Below the pieces are notes generated by a model. It made no database searches and was not told the DNA's origin. It was given only the letters and a program-made list of their open reading frames with translations. From contig CBDCDC010000002.1 of the NCBI GenBank assembly GCA_965215195.1, positions 4,352,001 through 4,416,000 on the forward strand: a stretch of DNA of 64,000 bases, given 5' to 3'. Shown piece after piece: positions 43,447 to 52,533 of this stretch (the stretch's first letter is position 1; each line of letters begins with the position of its first letter). The position numbers and the translations under genes were made by a program. This DNA is from Candidatus Latescibacterota bacterium. Its GTDB lineage: Bacteria > Latescibacterota > UBA2968 > UBA8231.

Positions 43447-46422
43447 ATGAACTTTACCACCTCTCTTCGTTCGATCCTGCTCGCAGCATTGGCAGCTACG
43501 CTATATGCCTCTCCGACATCGGCTTTAGATACCCTGCGGGTCGGTATCGGCGGGAACGTCTCTTGGACGGGCGAGACCACTCGCGCCGATCTGGTCCCGA
43601 CCCTACCCGAATACAAGGTGAACCGGCAGTTTACCGCTGTCGGCAATGTGCCGGGCAATCTAATCGACTTGACTAACCTACAGGTTGTAACGCCGCGTGT
43701 ATTAGTCAAGACCGTGGTCGATGTCGAGCCTGCTTTGCTAACGGGACAACTGGCGCTAGTTGAGCAGTTGTTGCTCGACCAGATTGAACTACTGGAGGGA
43801 GTGACGCAGATCGGGACAGCGACGCAGGGATTTTTGTCGGTGATTTTGGTGGATTTCGCTCCAGAGGTGCCACTGGACGCAGCGACAGATCGGGTGGAAG
43901 AAGCGGTTGACGCAATCCGCTCGACGCAGGTGGCCCGCCAAGAGCGAGGAGAAACGGAGGCCGGCGACCCCAATCTGGAGTGCCGCGAAGAGAGCCGCCG
44001 CTTTGATTCGACCGCAGATATAACCGACGATTGGGGTGATTGCGAGACGATTTTCCAAAACGGCATACGGGCCGATTGTTATCAGACGATCTGTCGCAAC
44101 CTGACCACCGGCGACCAGACGAGTAGGCCGGGCAGGCTACAGGGGGGGAGCAAGCTGGTTGCCCAGCGCGAGATCCAACAGGGGCTAAAGCTGCCTACAG
44201 GTACCGACCCCGTGGTCCTGCCGGTGGGACTAAGCCCGGACCACGTGGCTCGAGGCGAGAACGTGGCCCAGCGGGCACTGGGGTGGGGTGGGCGGATCAC
44301 CGCACCGGCGATCAAGGATGTGACAGCAGCCGATTTGGAGGGAACCTTGCTGGAACTGATCGCGCCTGGAGGAGCCGAAGACGCCTTCTCGCGCAAGGGG
44401 ATTTTCGGCGCATTGGGGACCTTTATCGTGCTAGATTTGGGCAGTCCGATCGGGATCAACCGAATCCGCTTTTACCCGCGCAACACCGTGCAGAGCGCAC
44501 CTCAATATCCCTTCCAGAAAGATTTTATCCGCCAGTTTGAGTTGTTGCTCCACGATGGCCAAGACTTAGTGCTGGACGGCACAGGTCGGCTGATCCCGCA
44601 GCTCGAGGACTTCGAAATTCTGCTGCGCAGTACCGAAAACGAAGACCAAGTAGTAGATGTCCAAGTACAACCTGCCCGTCCAGTGCGCTTCGTGCGCCTC
44701 AAATCCACCTCGTCTTTCCCCTATGAGATCGACGAATTAGAAGTTTATGGACAAGGTTTTATCGGCAGCAGCCGCTACATTTCCCACGTTTACGATCTGG
44801 GAGGACCGGCCACTTGGGGCAACATTAGCTGGCAAACGCGTCTTATCGACCTGCGCAGTGGCACAGTTGCCAGCCTCGAGGAAGCAGTGAACCAAGACTG
44901 CACGACTCAACGCGATACCTTTTCCACAGCAGCGGATATTCCGGACGATTGGGGCGAGTGCGATACCGCTTCACTCAACCTCCCCGACCAAGGCTATACC
45001 ACGGTGTGGATCTGCTTCCAGACGGCCTGCCGTGATAATACCACTGGGGACATCACCCGCTTTCCCGGGCAGACAGCCGGCAAGCGGGTAGCGGCCAAGC
45101 CAACGGTCGGCGAGCCATCGCAGATCCTAGTCCGCACCCGCACGGGGAGCGATCCCAACCCATTGCTCTACTACCGCAGAGACGTGCAGCGAATCGGCGA
45201 GGACGAGCGATCCACCTCGCTGATAGATCCAGAAGAACAGCTAGGCCGCGACGAGTACTTGAGCCTAGCCCCTGACTTAGAGGCCTCGCCGCCCCGGGTA
45301 TGGGATAAAGGAGAGATCGGGGAAGACCTAGAAAACTGGAGCCCTTGGTCGGCCCCCTACCTGCGCGGAGGTCAAGAGGGTGGAACCCCGATTATCTCAC
45401 CCGGGCCGCGACGTTATATCCAGTTTTCGATTGACTTTCTCAACGACGATATCGATGTAACCAAAATCGTCGAACAATTATCAATTGAGTATCTGCGACC
45501 CCCCATCGCCGACGATCTGATCGCCGAGATCTACCCGCGCGAAGTGGAGGTCTCCGAATCGGTGAATTTCACCTATGCAGTGCGGGCACTGATGAACATT
45601 GAGGGAGTTAAGGGATTCGACACCTTTGAAGTCCTGACGCCCACGCGGGTATTGGGAATTGACCGGATCGAGATTGCGGAGGGGCCGGATACCATCGTTG
45701 AGCAAGAATTAAACGCCGATGTGATCCTCGACCAACGGGGCGTACCGATGGTGCGAACCGAGGAAGGCCAAGTGCAGGAGTTGCCCTACTCAACGGTATC
45801 GGCAGCGGGGGATTCCTTTGCCATCCAAGCTATAACCGACCGCAACTTCATCGTCCGTTTCCCCCGGATTGAGCCAGCAGAGGGTGGGAGCGAACGCCTT
45901 TTGAAAATTCACTTCCGCGGACAGGTACTGCTCTATAGTACCCTGTTCCGAGGCCAAGCCATCCTCTCCTCTCAGCCCGGAAGCATCCAGCGGATCACGC
46001 CGGGGAACGCCGCGTTTTTGGGCGAGGGAGACCTGCCAACGGCTTCGGGCATCACGGTGCTGAGTCCGGGCATTACCGAGGGTAGCCTTGTCGGGTCACT
46101 GGCCTTGGAACCTAACCCCTTCACGCCCAACGGGGACGGGATCAACGACCGGCTGGGGCTGAGGTATGACATAGTAGCCGTGACGCGTGCGGCCAAGGTG
46201 CAGGTACAAGTATTCGACCTGAGTGGGTACTTGGTGCGTACGCTCTACGAAGGTGCCGACCTGAGCGGACGCTACGACCAGACCTCTCGACCGGGGCTGT
46301 CTTGGGACGGGCGAGACCAAGGAGGTGTAATAGTGCCGCCGGGGATCTATCTAGTTTACATAGAAGTCAAAGGGGATTCAAAGGCCAATCAGCGGTCCGT
46401 GGCGGTAGCGGTGGCCTATTAA
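43447..46422 (+). CDS. Secreted protein with a FlgD/CHU_C-like C-terminal domain and inserted modules (paralog 3)
   Basis: Signal peptide from ATG 43447; PNPFTPNGDGIND...WDGRDQGG...VAVAY. Two Cys4 repeats. Confidence 0.82.
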   Translation: MNFTTSLRSILLAALAATLYASPTSALDTLRVGIGGNVSWTGETTRADLVPTLPEYKVNRQFTAVGNVPGNLIDLTNLQVVTPRVLVKTVVDVEPALLTGQLALVEQLLLDQIELLEGVTQIGTATQGFLSVILVDFAPEVPLDAATDRVEEAVDAIRSTQVARQERGETEAGDPNLECREESRRFDSTADITDDWGDCETIFQNGIRADCYQTICRNLTTGDQTSRPGRLQGGSKLVAQREIQQGLKLPTGTDPVVLPVGLSPDHVARGENVAQRALGWGGRITAPAIKDVTAADLEGTLLELIAPGGAEDAFSRKGIFGALGTFIVLDLGSPIGINRIRFYPRNTVQSAPQYPFQKDFIRQFELLLHDGQDLVLDGTGRLIPQLEDFEILLRSTENEDQVVDVQVQPARPVRFVRLKSTSSFPYEIDELEVYGQGFIGSSRYISHVYDLGGPATWGNISWQTRLIDLRSGTVASLEEAVNQDCTTQRDTFSTAADIPDDWGECDTASLNLPDQGYTTVWICFQTACRDNTTGDITRFPGQTAGKRVAAKPTVGEPSQILVRTRTGSDPNPLLYYRRDVQRIGEDERSTSLIDPEEQLGRDEYLSLAPDLEASPPRVWDKGEIGEDLENWSPWSAPYLRGGQEGGTPIISPGPRRYIQFSIDFLNDDIDVTKIVEQLSIEYLRPPIADDLIAEIYPREVEVSESVNFTYAVRALMNIEGVKGFDTFEVLTPTRVLGIDRIEIAEGPDTIVEQELNADVILDQRGVPMVRTEEGQVQELPYSTVSAAGDSFAIQAITDRNFIVRFPRIEPAEGGSERLLKIHFRGQVLLYSTLFRGQAILSSQPGSIQRITPGNAAFLGEGDLPTASGITVLSPGITEGSLVGSLALEPNPFTPNGDGINDRLGLRYDIVAVTRAAKVQVQVFDLSGYLVRTLYEGADLSGRYDQTSRPGLSWDGRDQGGVIVPPGIYLVYIEVKGDSKANQRSVAVAVAY

Positions 46423-46425
46423 TCG

Positions 46426-48678
46426 TCAAAACATTCCTTCGAGCTGTTGACGCCATTGGTCCTTGACGATCTCGAGGATCGCTTGCTGGCGCTCTTCGGC
46501 GTAGTACTTCTTGAAGCGATCCAAGTTTTTTATTCCTTCCAGCGTATCACCGCGGATGACCTGTAGATGTCCGACTAGCCGGTTGGCCTGCACGTGTTCG
46601 GGTTGTATTTCGAGGATGGCTTGCGCCTGCACTAGGGCCTTGGTGCCCTCGTGCCGGGCCGCGTAGTGAGCGGCCAAAAGCCAGCGGGGGGCTACCAATT
46701 GGGGATGGGTCGCGACCAAGCGTTTGAGCTGGACCTCGGCCGCGGTGGACTCATCAGTAGCCAAGAGCAGGCGGGCTAGGCGGAGACTGGCTTCGGCGTG
46801 GGTGGAGTCGCGTTGCAGGATTTCCGCGTATTCGCGTCGGGCTTGGGTTAGCTGGCCCAAGGCTTCTTTTAACTGTCCCAACTGGTAGCGGAAGCGCAGC
46901 GAGTCGGGTGCTTGGACGACGAGGTCGCGATAGAGAGCGGTAGCCGCGTCAAGCTGGTCTAGTTGGATATAGGCGTAGGCCAGCCGCTCCTGTACCGCTT
47001 TTCGCTCCACTGCCGCATCCGCGTCGAGCAGTTTTTCGTATTGGACGATTGCTTCCGAGTAGCGGCTGGCGTGCAGGAGGGCATTGCCCAAGCCATAGCG
47101 GGCTTCGGGATGGCCCGGATAGCGGACGACAAAATCTTGGTAGGCTGCGATGGCCCGGCCGTAGCGGCCCCGCCGTGCGTACAAGGTCCCGAGATTGAAA
47201 CGGGCCTCGCGGATCTCCGGGTCGAGAGCGAGAGCCTGCTCGTAGGCGGCGATAGCGTTAGCGTGCAGGCCCTTCTGCTGATAGACGAATCCTAGCCGAT
47301 GCAAGGTTTCGGCGTCACCGGCCATGTTCATCGGGCCGACGCGGAAGTTACAGGCCACGCAAAGGGCTGCGAGTACGCCGCCAGTCCAAGCCAGTTGCAC
47401 ACCGGCTCGTAGGCGTCCGAAGCGGTAGAGCGCACCGACAGCATAGGCGGCAAAAAGCAGTAGAGGAGGTACGACCGGCAGGCGGTAGCGCGCGGTCGGA
47501 AAGAATAGGATGACGGAGAGTGCATAGACGACGATGTAGAGGAGTAGAAGGTATATCTCCGCACGGCGTTGCCCTCGATTGCAGCACACTAGCCCCATGC
47601 CTAGCAAGGCCAGCGGTGCCAAGGCCCCAAAGGGAAAGGCAATGGTCTCCTTCCACAATAGCAGCGCTAGCAAGGGAGAGAAGTTGCGAGCGTAGTAGAG
47701 GTCTTGATTGCGGCCTATCTCTTCGCCATGCCAGAAGAGATAGGTCTTGCGAAGCAGGAGCAGAAGCCAAGCTTTTGGCTCCGCGCTGATAAAGCCCCAA
47801 GCCCGGGCAAAGAAATAGGCCGATTGATCCGAGGCCTGGGTAAGCCCGGCTGCGGTTCGGGGTTGGCTGGCCAAGGTGCGCCATGCTGGGCCGGGTGGAA
47901 TGCGAATTGTTTCCTCGTAGTTGGCGTTGTTGCCTAGGTAGAAATTGATCCCCCCGTTGGAGGAGATCAGCACCAAGTCGTCGCCTATCAGGTAATTGCG
48001 CAGAGTGACGGGAGCGATGACTAACGAGGCTCCCAGTAGCAAGGGTAGAGCATTTAGCAAGCGCCGCGGCCATGGCAGCGCACGACGCACGACAATCACC
48101 CAGAGCAAGGCCGCGGGCAGAAAGAGCAAGATGTTGGCCACGGCAAGGGCGGCCAAGCCCAGACAGAAGCCGGGGACTAGGAGCCGGCGCGAACGACCGG
48201 CCATGGCCCAAGGCAGAGTCAGCAGGAGCAGCAGATCAAAGAAAAGGGCTAGGGGAGGCGGCAGGAATTCACCCGCGAAGAAGACCAAAGGGCCGTAGAG
48301 TGCCGCCGCCATAGCCGCGGCAAGCCCGAGGCGGTGCGAGAACAGGCGGCGGCCGAGCAGATAGAGCAGGACACAGTTGAAGGCACTGATGGCGGCTTGG
48401 ACGAGGCGAGGCAGGTAGTAGCCGGGGGTGAAGAGCGCATAGAGGAACCCCAAGAAGTAAGGATAGAGCGGCGGTTGCCAGAAGGGGGCGTCTCCGCCAT
48501 CCCAGTGCCCCTGTCCCCCCATGCGTTCAGCCGCGTCCGTGTAGGTTTTAGCATCGACCAGCGGATAGTCGAAGAAGGGGCTTGTCTGGCTCTGCTCTAT
48601 ATAGAGGAGGCGCACCGCCAACGCCGCGAGCCAGAGCAACCCCCCGACCAGCCAGCCCGATCTCCCCATCGCGCCCAA
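46426..48678 (-). CDS. GT-C (GT39/ArnT-like) glycosyltransferase with C-terminal TPRs
   Basis: VDAKTY...PFWQPPLYPYFL, many TMs, NGGINFYLGNN and ARYRLP, then TPRs. Confidence 0.8.
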   Translation of the reverse strand: MGAMGRSGWLVGGLLWLAALAVRLLYIEQSQTSPFFDYPLVDAKTYTDAAERMGGQGHWDGGDAPFWQPPLYPYFLGFLYALFTPGYYLPRLVQAAISAFNCVLLYLLGRRLFSHRLGLAAAMAAALYGPLVFFAGEFLPPPLALFFDLLLLLTLPWAMAGRSRRLLVPGFCLGLAALAVANILLFLPAALLWVIVVRRALPWPRRLLNALPLLLGASLVIAPVTLRNYLIGDDLVLISSNGGINFYLGNNANYEETIRIPPGPAWRTLASQPRTAAGLTQASDQSAYFFARAWGFISAEPKAWLLLLLRKTYLFWHGEEIGRNQDLYYARNFSPLLALLLWKETIAFPFGALAPLALLGMGLVCCNRGQRRAEIYLLLLYIVVYALSVILFFPTARYRLPVVPPLLLFAAYAVGALYRFGRLRAGVQLAWTGGVLAALCVACNFRVGPMNMAGDAETLHRLGFVYQQKGLHANAIAAYEQALALDPEIREARFNLGTLYARRGRYGRAIAAYQDFVVRYPGHPEARYGLGNALLHASRYSEAIVQYEKLLDADAAVERKAVQERLAYAYIQLDQLDAATALYRDLVVQAPDSLRFRYQLGQLKEALGQLTQARREYAEILQRDSTHAEASLRLARLLLATDESTAAEVQLKRLVATHPQLVAPRWLLAAHYAARHEGTKALVQAQAILEIQPEHVQANRLVGHLQVIRGDTLEGIKNLDRFKKYYAEERQQAILEIVKDQWRQQLEGMF

Positions 48679-51393
48679 TCAGATGCCCAGACCGGCGTAA
48701 ACCGTGATAAAGCCTTCGGTGATGGTCCGAGTTTTCAGCCCGGGGTCTTGGAAGTCGCGCACGTCGAATTTCATGCCCACTTGGGTCGTCAGCACGTATC
48801 CTTGGTACTCAGCCACGTTGGAAATTTGGGTGGCTGAGATAAAGGACTGGAAGTTGTTGATGTCGTCGTCCAAGTCGCGAAAGAGCACGTATTCGACGCC
48901 GCCAGCAAAAGTGGTGCTGCGGAGGAAGGGCACCTCGGCAATGAGGCCGAAAATCTCGGTCAGTTCCTTGCGCTCTGCGCGCGAGAACAGGTCATAAGTC
49001 TGGCGCCGAAATTCGCTCTTCCAGCGCGGCATAAGCCGCAGGGTGCCGATTTCGCGGAGGTACTCGGCCTTGTTGACGAGGCCAAAGAAAAACTCGTTGG
49101 GATCGAGACCAAAGGAATCGCGTGCGGCGCGATCGAGACGCTGATGCCAGAAGTCGTATTTGAGCAAATTCTTGACAGTCAAGTCAGCGATGGGCGTATA
49201 GGTATGGCCGATGAAGAAGCCGTTGTACCAAGTATCGCGCCCAAGCATCGGATCAATAACTTCGACATTGCGGTCGTCGCGCAAGGTATTGCGGTTATTC
49301 CACTGGAGAAGATCGTCGGCAATGTCGTCCTTAATGCTCTTGGCCATTTCCATGACCCGCAGACGGCCCCAGCGGGCGTGGTCGACGTCCAGAGTCATCA
49401 TGGCATAGGAAGTATAGTTGCGCTGGTCGGAGGTGATGAGTTCGTCGCGCAAATGCCCCACCGTAAGGCGCAACTGCGGCGCGAGGTGGGCACCGACATA
49501 GATGTTGAAGCCGCGATGATCGCGCTGGTAGGGGAAGTCAGGGCGGTTGTCGTTTTCAAAGCGATCGATCCAAGTGTTGTTGTTGGCGTCAATGCCGTAG
49601 AGGAACTCCGGCCGTTCGACGTGCTGCCGCAAGAAGGGTTCTTCGTAGTCGGGGATCAGGTTGATCACCCGGCCGTTGTCATTCTGGTTGTAGTCGGGAA
49701 TGAAGTCGTTGTTCTCGTCCCAGCCGGGAAAAACCGCTGGGTCGGTGACCAGCCCGTCGCTGCGGCCCCAATCGGGGACTCGGTCTTGGTCGTCGTTGTC
49801 CTCGACGAAGTCGACTAAGAAGCGCTCAATGTTGCCCGGAGTGCCATTTTCAAAATAGCCAGAGGAATAGTCGATAAACCCGTCCTGTTCGGCGACGTAC
49901 ACGGTGGTAGCGTAGTCCGGATCCATGTAGAAGAACTCGCCAAACAAGAAAAAGGGGTAGGCCATCTTCGACAGGTTAGCCATCCAAGCGGTGGCTGAGG
50001 GCTTGTTAGAGGTACCCGACGAGGTGCTGTGGTCGGTGTTGCCTTGGTCGTTGCTGGGATAGGGGTACTTGCGGTAAACCCGGCTGTTGTCGAATTCGCC
50101 GTAGAAATTGAACCCCTTGATATCGTTGAATTCGGCAGTGAAACCAAAGATCGAGGTGGCGGTCGGTAGGCCGTATTCAAAGGAGACCACTCTGAGGTTG
50201 GTGTTGTCCTTGACGTTGCCCTTGGCCCGGGCCATCAGCAGGAGGACAGGGTCGTCGTTGCGGCCGGTTTGGCGGTTAGAGGTGACCTGCACCTTGTAGT
50301 CGTTGCCCAAGACCAAGTCGAACTGGACCTTGCGGATTTGGGTCTTGTCTTGGGGAGCTGTGAGTAGGTAGTCGCTGCGGTTGAAGTCGTAGCGCAGGCG
50401 GATCTGCTCGTTGCCGTCAGCGGAGATGAAGCCCTCTTGTGGGAAGCCGCCTTCGATGATCGGTGCGAAACCTATTTCCTTGCCGCTCACCTCAGTACCG
50501 TCGAGATAAGTAATAACGATGTCGGAGCCGGCGGGGAAGAAGGCGGCCCCCCCCTCATTGTCGGCGGGTGAGTCGTCGCTGAGCAAAACTTCGATCCAAG
50601 CGATCGCCTCGGCCTTCTGGTCAACGGTCAGTTCTCCGGTGAGAGGATTGCCGCCAAATCCTTCGGTGAGGGTGTTGGACTGGTGGGCGTTGACGAAGGT
50701 AAAGCCCAAGGTGGTAAAGTCGCCGATCTGGACCGCGGTACGCCCCCCCATCAAAGACGTGTTGTTGGTGCGGTTGATGCCCTCGGCAAAGGTCGAGGAA
50801 CCGCCCGACTCGCTCAGCCGCGAATAGAGGGCGGTTAGCATGTACTTATCGGTGGCGATGTCGAATTGGACGCCATCGAAATCCGGTTTGGAGAAGGTCA
50901 TCGGCGTCAGGGTGGTGCGCAGGCCGTTGGCAATGGTCAGGGCATAGTGGTACTGGCCCTTGGCGTCGGAGGCGATCACTACGTTGCTAAACCAACTGCG
51001 GAAGCGGTCGTCTTTGAAGAGTTGATTGCCTTTCTGCAGGGGCTGACGCTGGTCGTTGTTGTATATGAGCCAGCCTCGGCCGACGAAGTTGCCGAAAAAG
51101 TCGTAGAAGTAATCGCCTTCGAGGGCGGTATCGACATAGCGCTGATAGTGCTGGCGGGCGTAGTTGGAGTACTCCCACTGCTGCCACCGGTACTCGTTGT
51201 AGAGTTCCTGCGGGATGTACCAGCGGCGCACCGCCGGGTCCAAAGCGTCGAAGAGCACACCCGCTCCTTGGGGCTCGAAGGTGGTGCGTCCTCCCCTCTG
51301 GACGCCTAGACGACTACCGTAGGTTTGTGCACGGGTCTGATCCGCGATGCCTATTAGGATGCCCAGCGTCAGTAAGACAGCACAGATTCTCAT
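48679..51393 (-). CDS. Large exported protein, probable outer-membrane beta-barrel
   Basis: Signal peptide, alternating aromatic beta-strand patterns, several DxNxD-type acidic loops; ends FITVYAGLGI. Confidence 0.65.
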   Translation of the reverse strand: MRICAVLLTLGILIGIADQTRAQTYGSRLGVQRGGRTTFEPQGAGVLFDALDPAVRRWYIPQELYNEYRWQQWEYSNYARQHYQRYVDTALEGDYFYDFFGNFVGRGWLIYNNDQRQPLQKGNQLFKDDRFRSWFSNVVIASDAKGQYHYALTIANGLRTTLTPMTFSKPDFDGVQFDIATDKYMLTALYSRLSESGGSSTFAEGINRTNNTSLMGGRTAVQIGDFTTLGFTFVNAHQSNTLTEGFGGNPLTGELTVDQKAEAIAWIEVLLSDDSPADNEGGAAFFPAGSDIVITYLDGTEVSGKEIGFAPIIEGGFPQEGFISADGNEQIRLRYDFNRSDYLLTAPQDKTQIRKVQFDLVLGNDYKVQVTSNRQTGRNDDPVLLLMARAKGNVKDNTNLRVVSFEYGLPTATSIFGFTAEFNDIKGFNFYGEFDNSRVYRKYPYPSNDQGNTDHSTSSGTSNKPSATAWMANLSKMAYPFFLFGEFFYMDPDYATTVYVAEQDGFIDYSSGYFENGTPGNIERFLVDFVEDNDDQDRVPDWGRSDGLVTDPAVFPGWDENNDFIPDYNQNDNGRVINLIPDYEEPFLRQHVERPEFLYGIDANNNTWIDRFENDNRPDFPYQRDHRGFNIYVGAHLAPQLRLTVGHLRDELITSDQRNYTSYAMMTLDVDHARWGRLRVMEMAKSIKDDIADDLLQWNNRNTLRDDRNVEVIDPMLGRDTWYNGFFIGHTYTPIADLTVKNLLKYDFWHQRLDRAARDSFGLDPNEFFFGLVNKAEYLREIGTLRLMPRWKSEFRRQTYDLFSRAERKELTEIFGLIAEVPFLRSTTFAGGVEYVLFRDLDDDINNFQSFISATQISNVAEYQGYVLTTQVGMKFDVRDFQDPGLKTRTITEGFITVYAGLGI

Positions 51394-51443
51394 AGCCGGA
51401 TTCCCTCGTGTAGGGTGGTGCGTATCGGAGGAGCGTCCTTAAC

Positions 51444-51479
51444 AAAAAAGGGCGGTGGGCTGGGTAGCCCACCGCCCTT
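51444..51479 (-). terminator. Rho-independent terminator after 51505..52404
   Basis: 14-bp stem aagggcggtgggct/agcccaccgccctt with a T-run following on the minus strand. Confidence 0.85.
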
Positions 51480-51504
51480 AAAAAAACGATGCCGCGTACT
51501 AGTC

Positions 51505-52404
51505 TTACTGCTGGAACTGGGCTTTGATGCGGCCCCAAGTGTCGGACTCAACAGCGCTGGAAACGGGAGCGGCACCCCAGTCGATAGAGTCGTCCAACTC
51601 GCTCATGACCATGTCGTTGTCGGCACGGCAGCATCCGTTGGGCGAGGTGGACCAAAAGCCCTGATACGTGGTGCCCGGTTCGTCGAAATCGCCGAAGGTC
51701 CAACTCATGGCGATGACGTCGCCATCGGAGAGGTCGGTCAGCTCAGCCTCGTCGCGGTTGCCGTCGTCGGGAATGAAGTCGTAGGGCTGAATCCACATCT
51801 CGTAGAAGTAGGTACTTTCGCCGAACTCCTCGCCTTCAAAGGAGTATTCCATGACCCAGTTGTCGCCGTTGAACGGATCCGTGCGCCACTCGAAGTCGGG
51901 CAGGAACTGGCCCCAGCTATCGCCGATGGGCGGAATGCCGAAGTTGAAGGACTGCTTGACGATGCCGCCCTCGCCGGGCGCGTAAGGACCGCCCCCGTCG
52001 GCTTCGGGGTGCGTTGGGGCAATGTAGATTTCCCAAGCGTCGTCGGTCCAGAACTGAGCCGGATCTTCGCGATCTGTGTTGTGGATGTTGTCGAAAACTT
52101 CGGCCATCAAGTAGAGGCGGTTGTTGTTGTCGTTCCAGCCGACGATCTGGCGCACGCTCAGATCGCTGACGTCGATCTCGCCGCGCACCTTGGCGTAAAC
52201 GGCGTCTGAATACATGTCGTTGCCCACTTCGTAGGGCACCTGCGGAATGACGCTCCACTCCGAGATGTCGCCATCGACATTGGGCAAATTCTCGTCGGGA
52301 AACTGCACGGCAAAGAGGAACTCACCCGGAGGGAAATGGCTATGGGTTGGTGTAGCCAGTCCCACTACTAGCAGGGCGGTGAAGAAAATCAAGGCATTGC
52401 GCAT
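51505..52404 (-). CDS. Secreted acidic CBM9/DOMON-like protein with a TWGRIK C-terminal motif
   Basis: ATG at 52404 with GGAGG; signal peptide; PNVDGDISEW, GWNDNNNRLY and DDAWEIYI; ends SAVESDTWGRIKAQFQQ. Confidence 0.72.
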   Translation of the reverse strand: MRNALIFFTALLVVGLATPTHSHFPPGEFLFAVQFPDENLPNVDGDISEWSVIPQVPYEVGNDMYSDAVYAKVRGEIDVSDLSVRQIVGWNDNNNRLYLMAEVFDNIHNTDREDPAQFWTDDAWEIYIAPTHPEADGGGPYAPGEGGIVKQSFNFGIPPIGDSWGQFLPDFEWRTDPFNGDNWVMEYSFEGEEFGESTYFYEMWIQPYDFIPDDGNRDEAELTDLSDGDVIAMSWTFGDFDEPGTTYQGFWSTSPNGCCRADNDMVMSELDDSIDWGAAPVSSAVESDTWGRIKAQFQQ

Positions 52405-52533
52405 GTTGCACCTCCTATAGGTGAGCGCGAAAAAAATGACGAGGTTTGAGGCGAACCAGAGATTTAACCAACTGCTTTCAGCGTTTAAGTGTACAAAATA
52501 CATATATGTAGTTCAACCACAAAATACGTTGAA

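Noticed and set aside
51415-52209. 264-aa plus-strand ORF
   Set aside because: Antisense to the CBM9-like gene and runs through its terminator.
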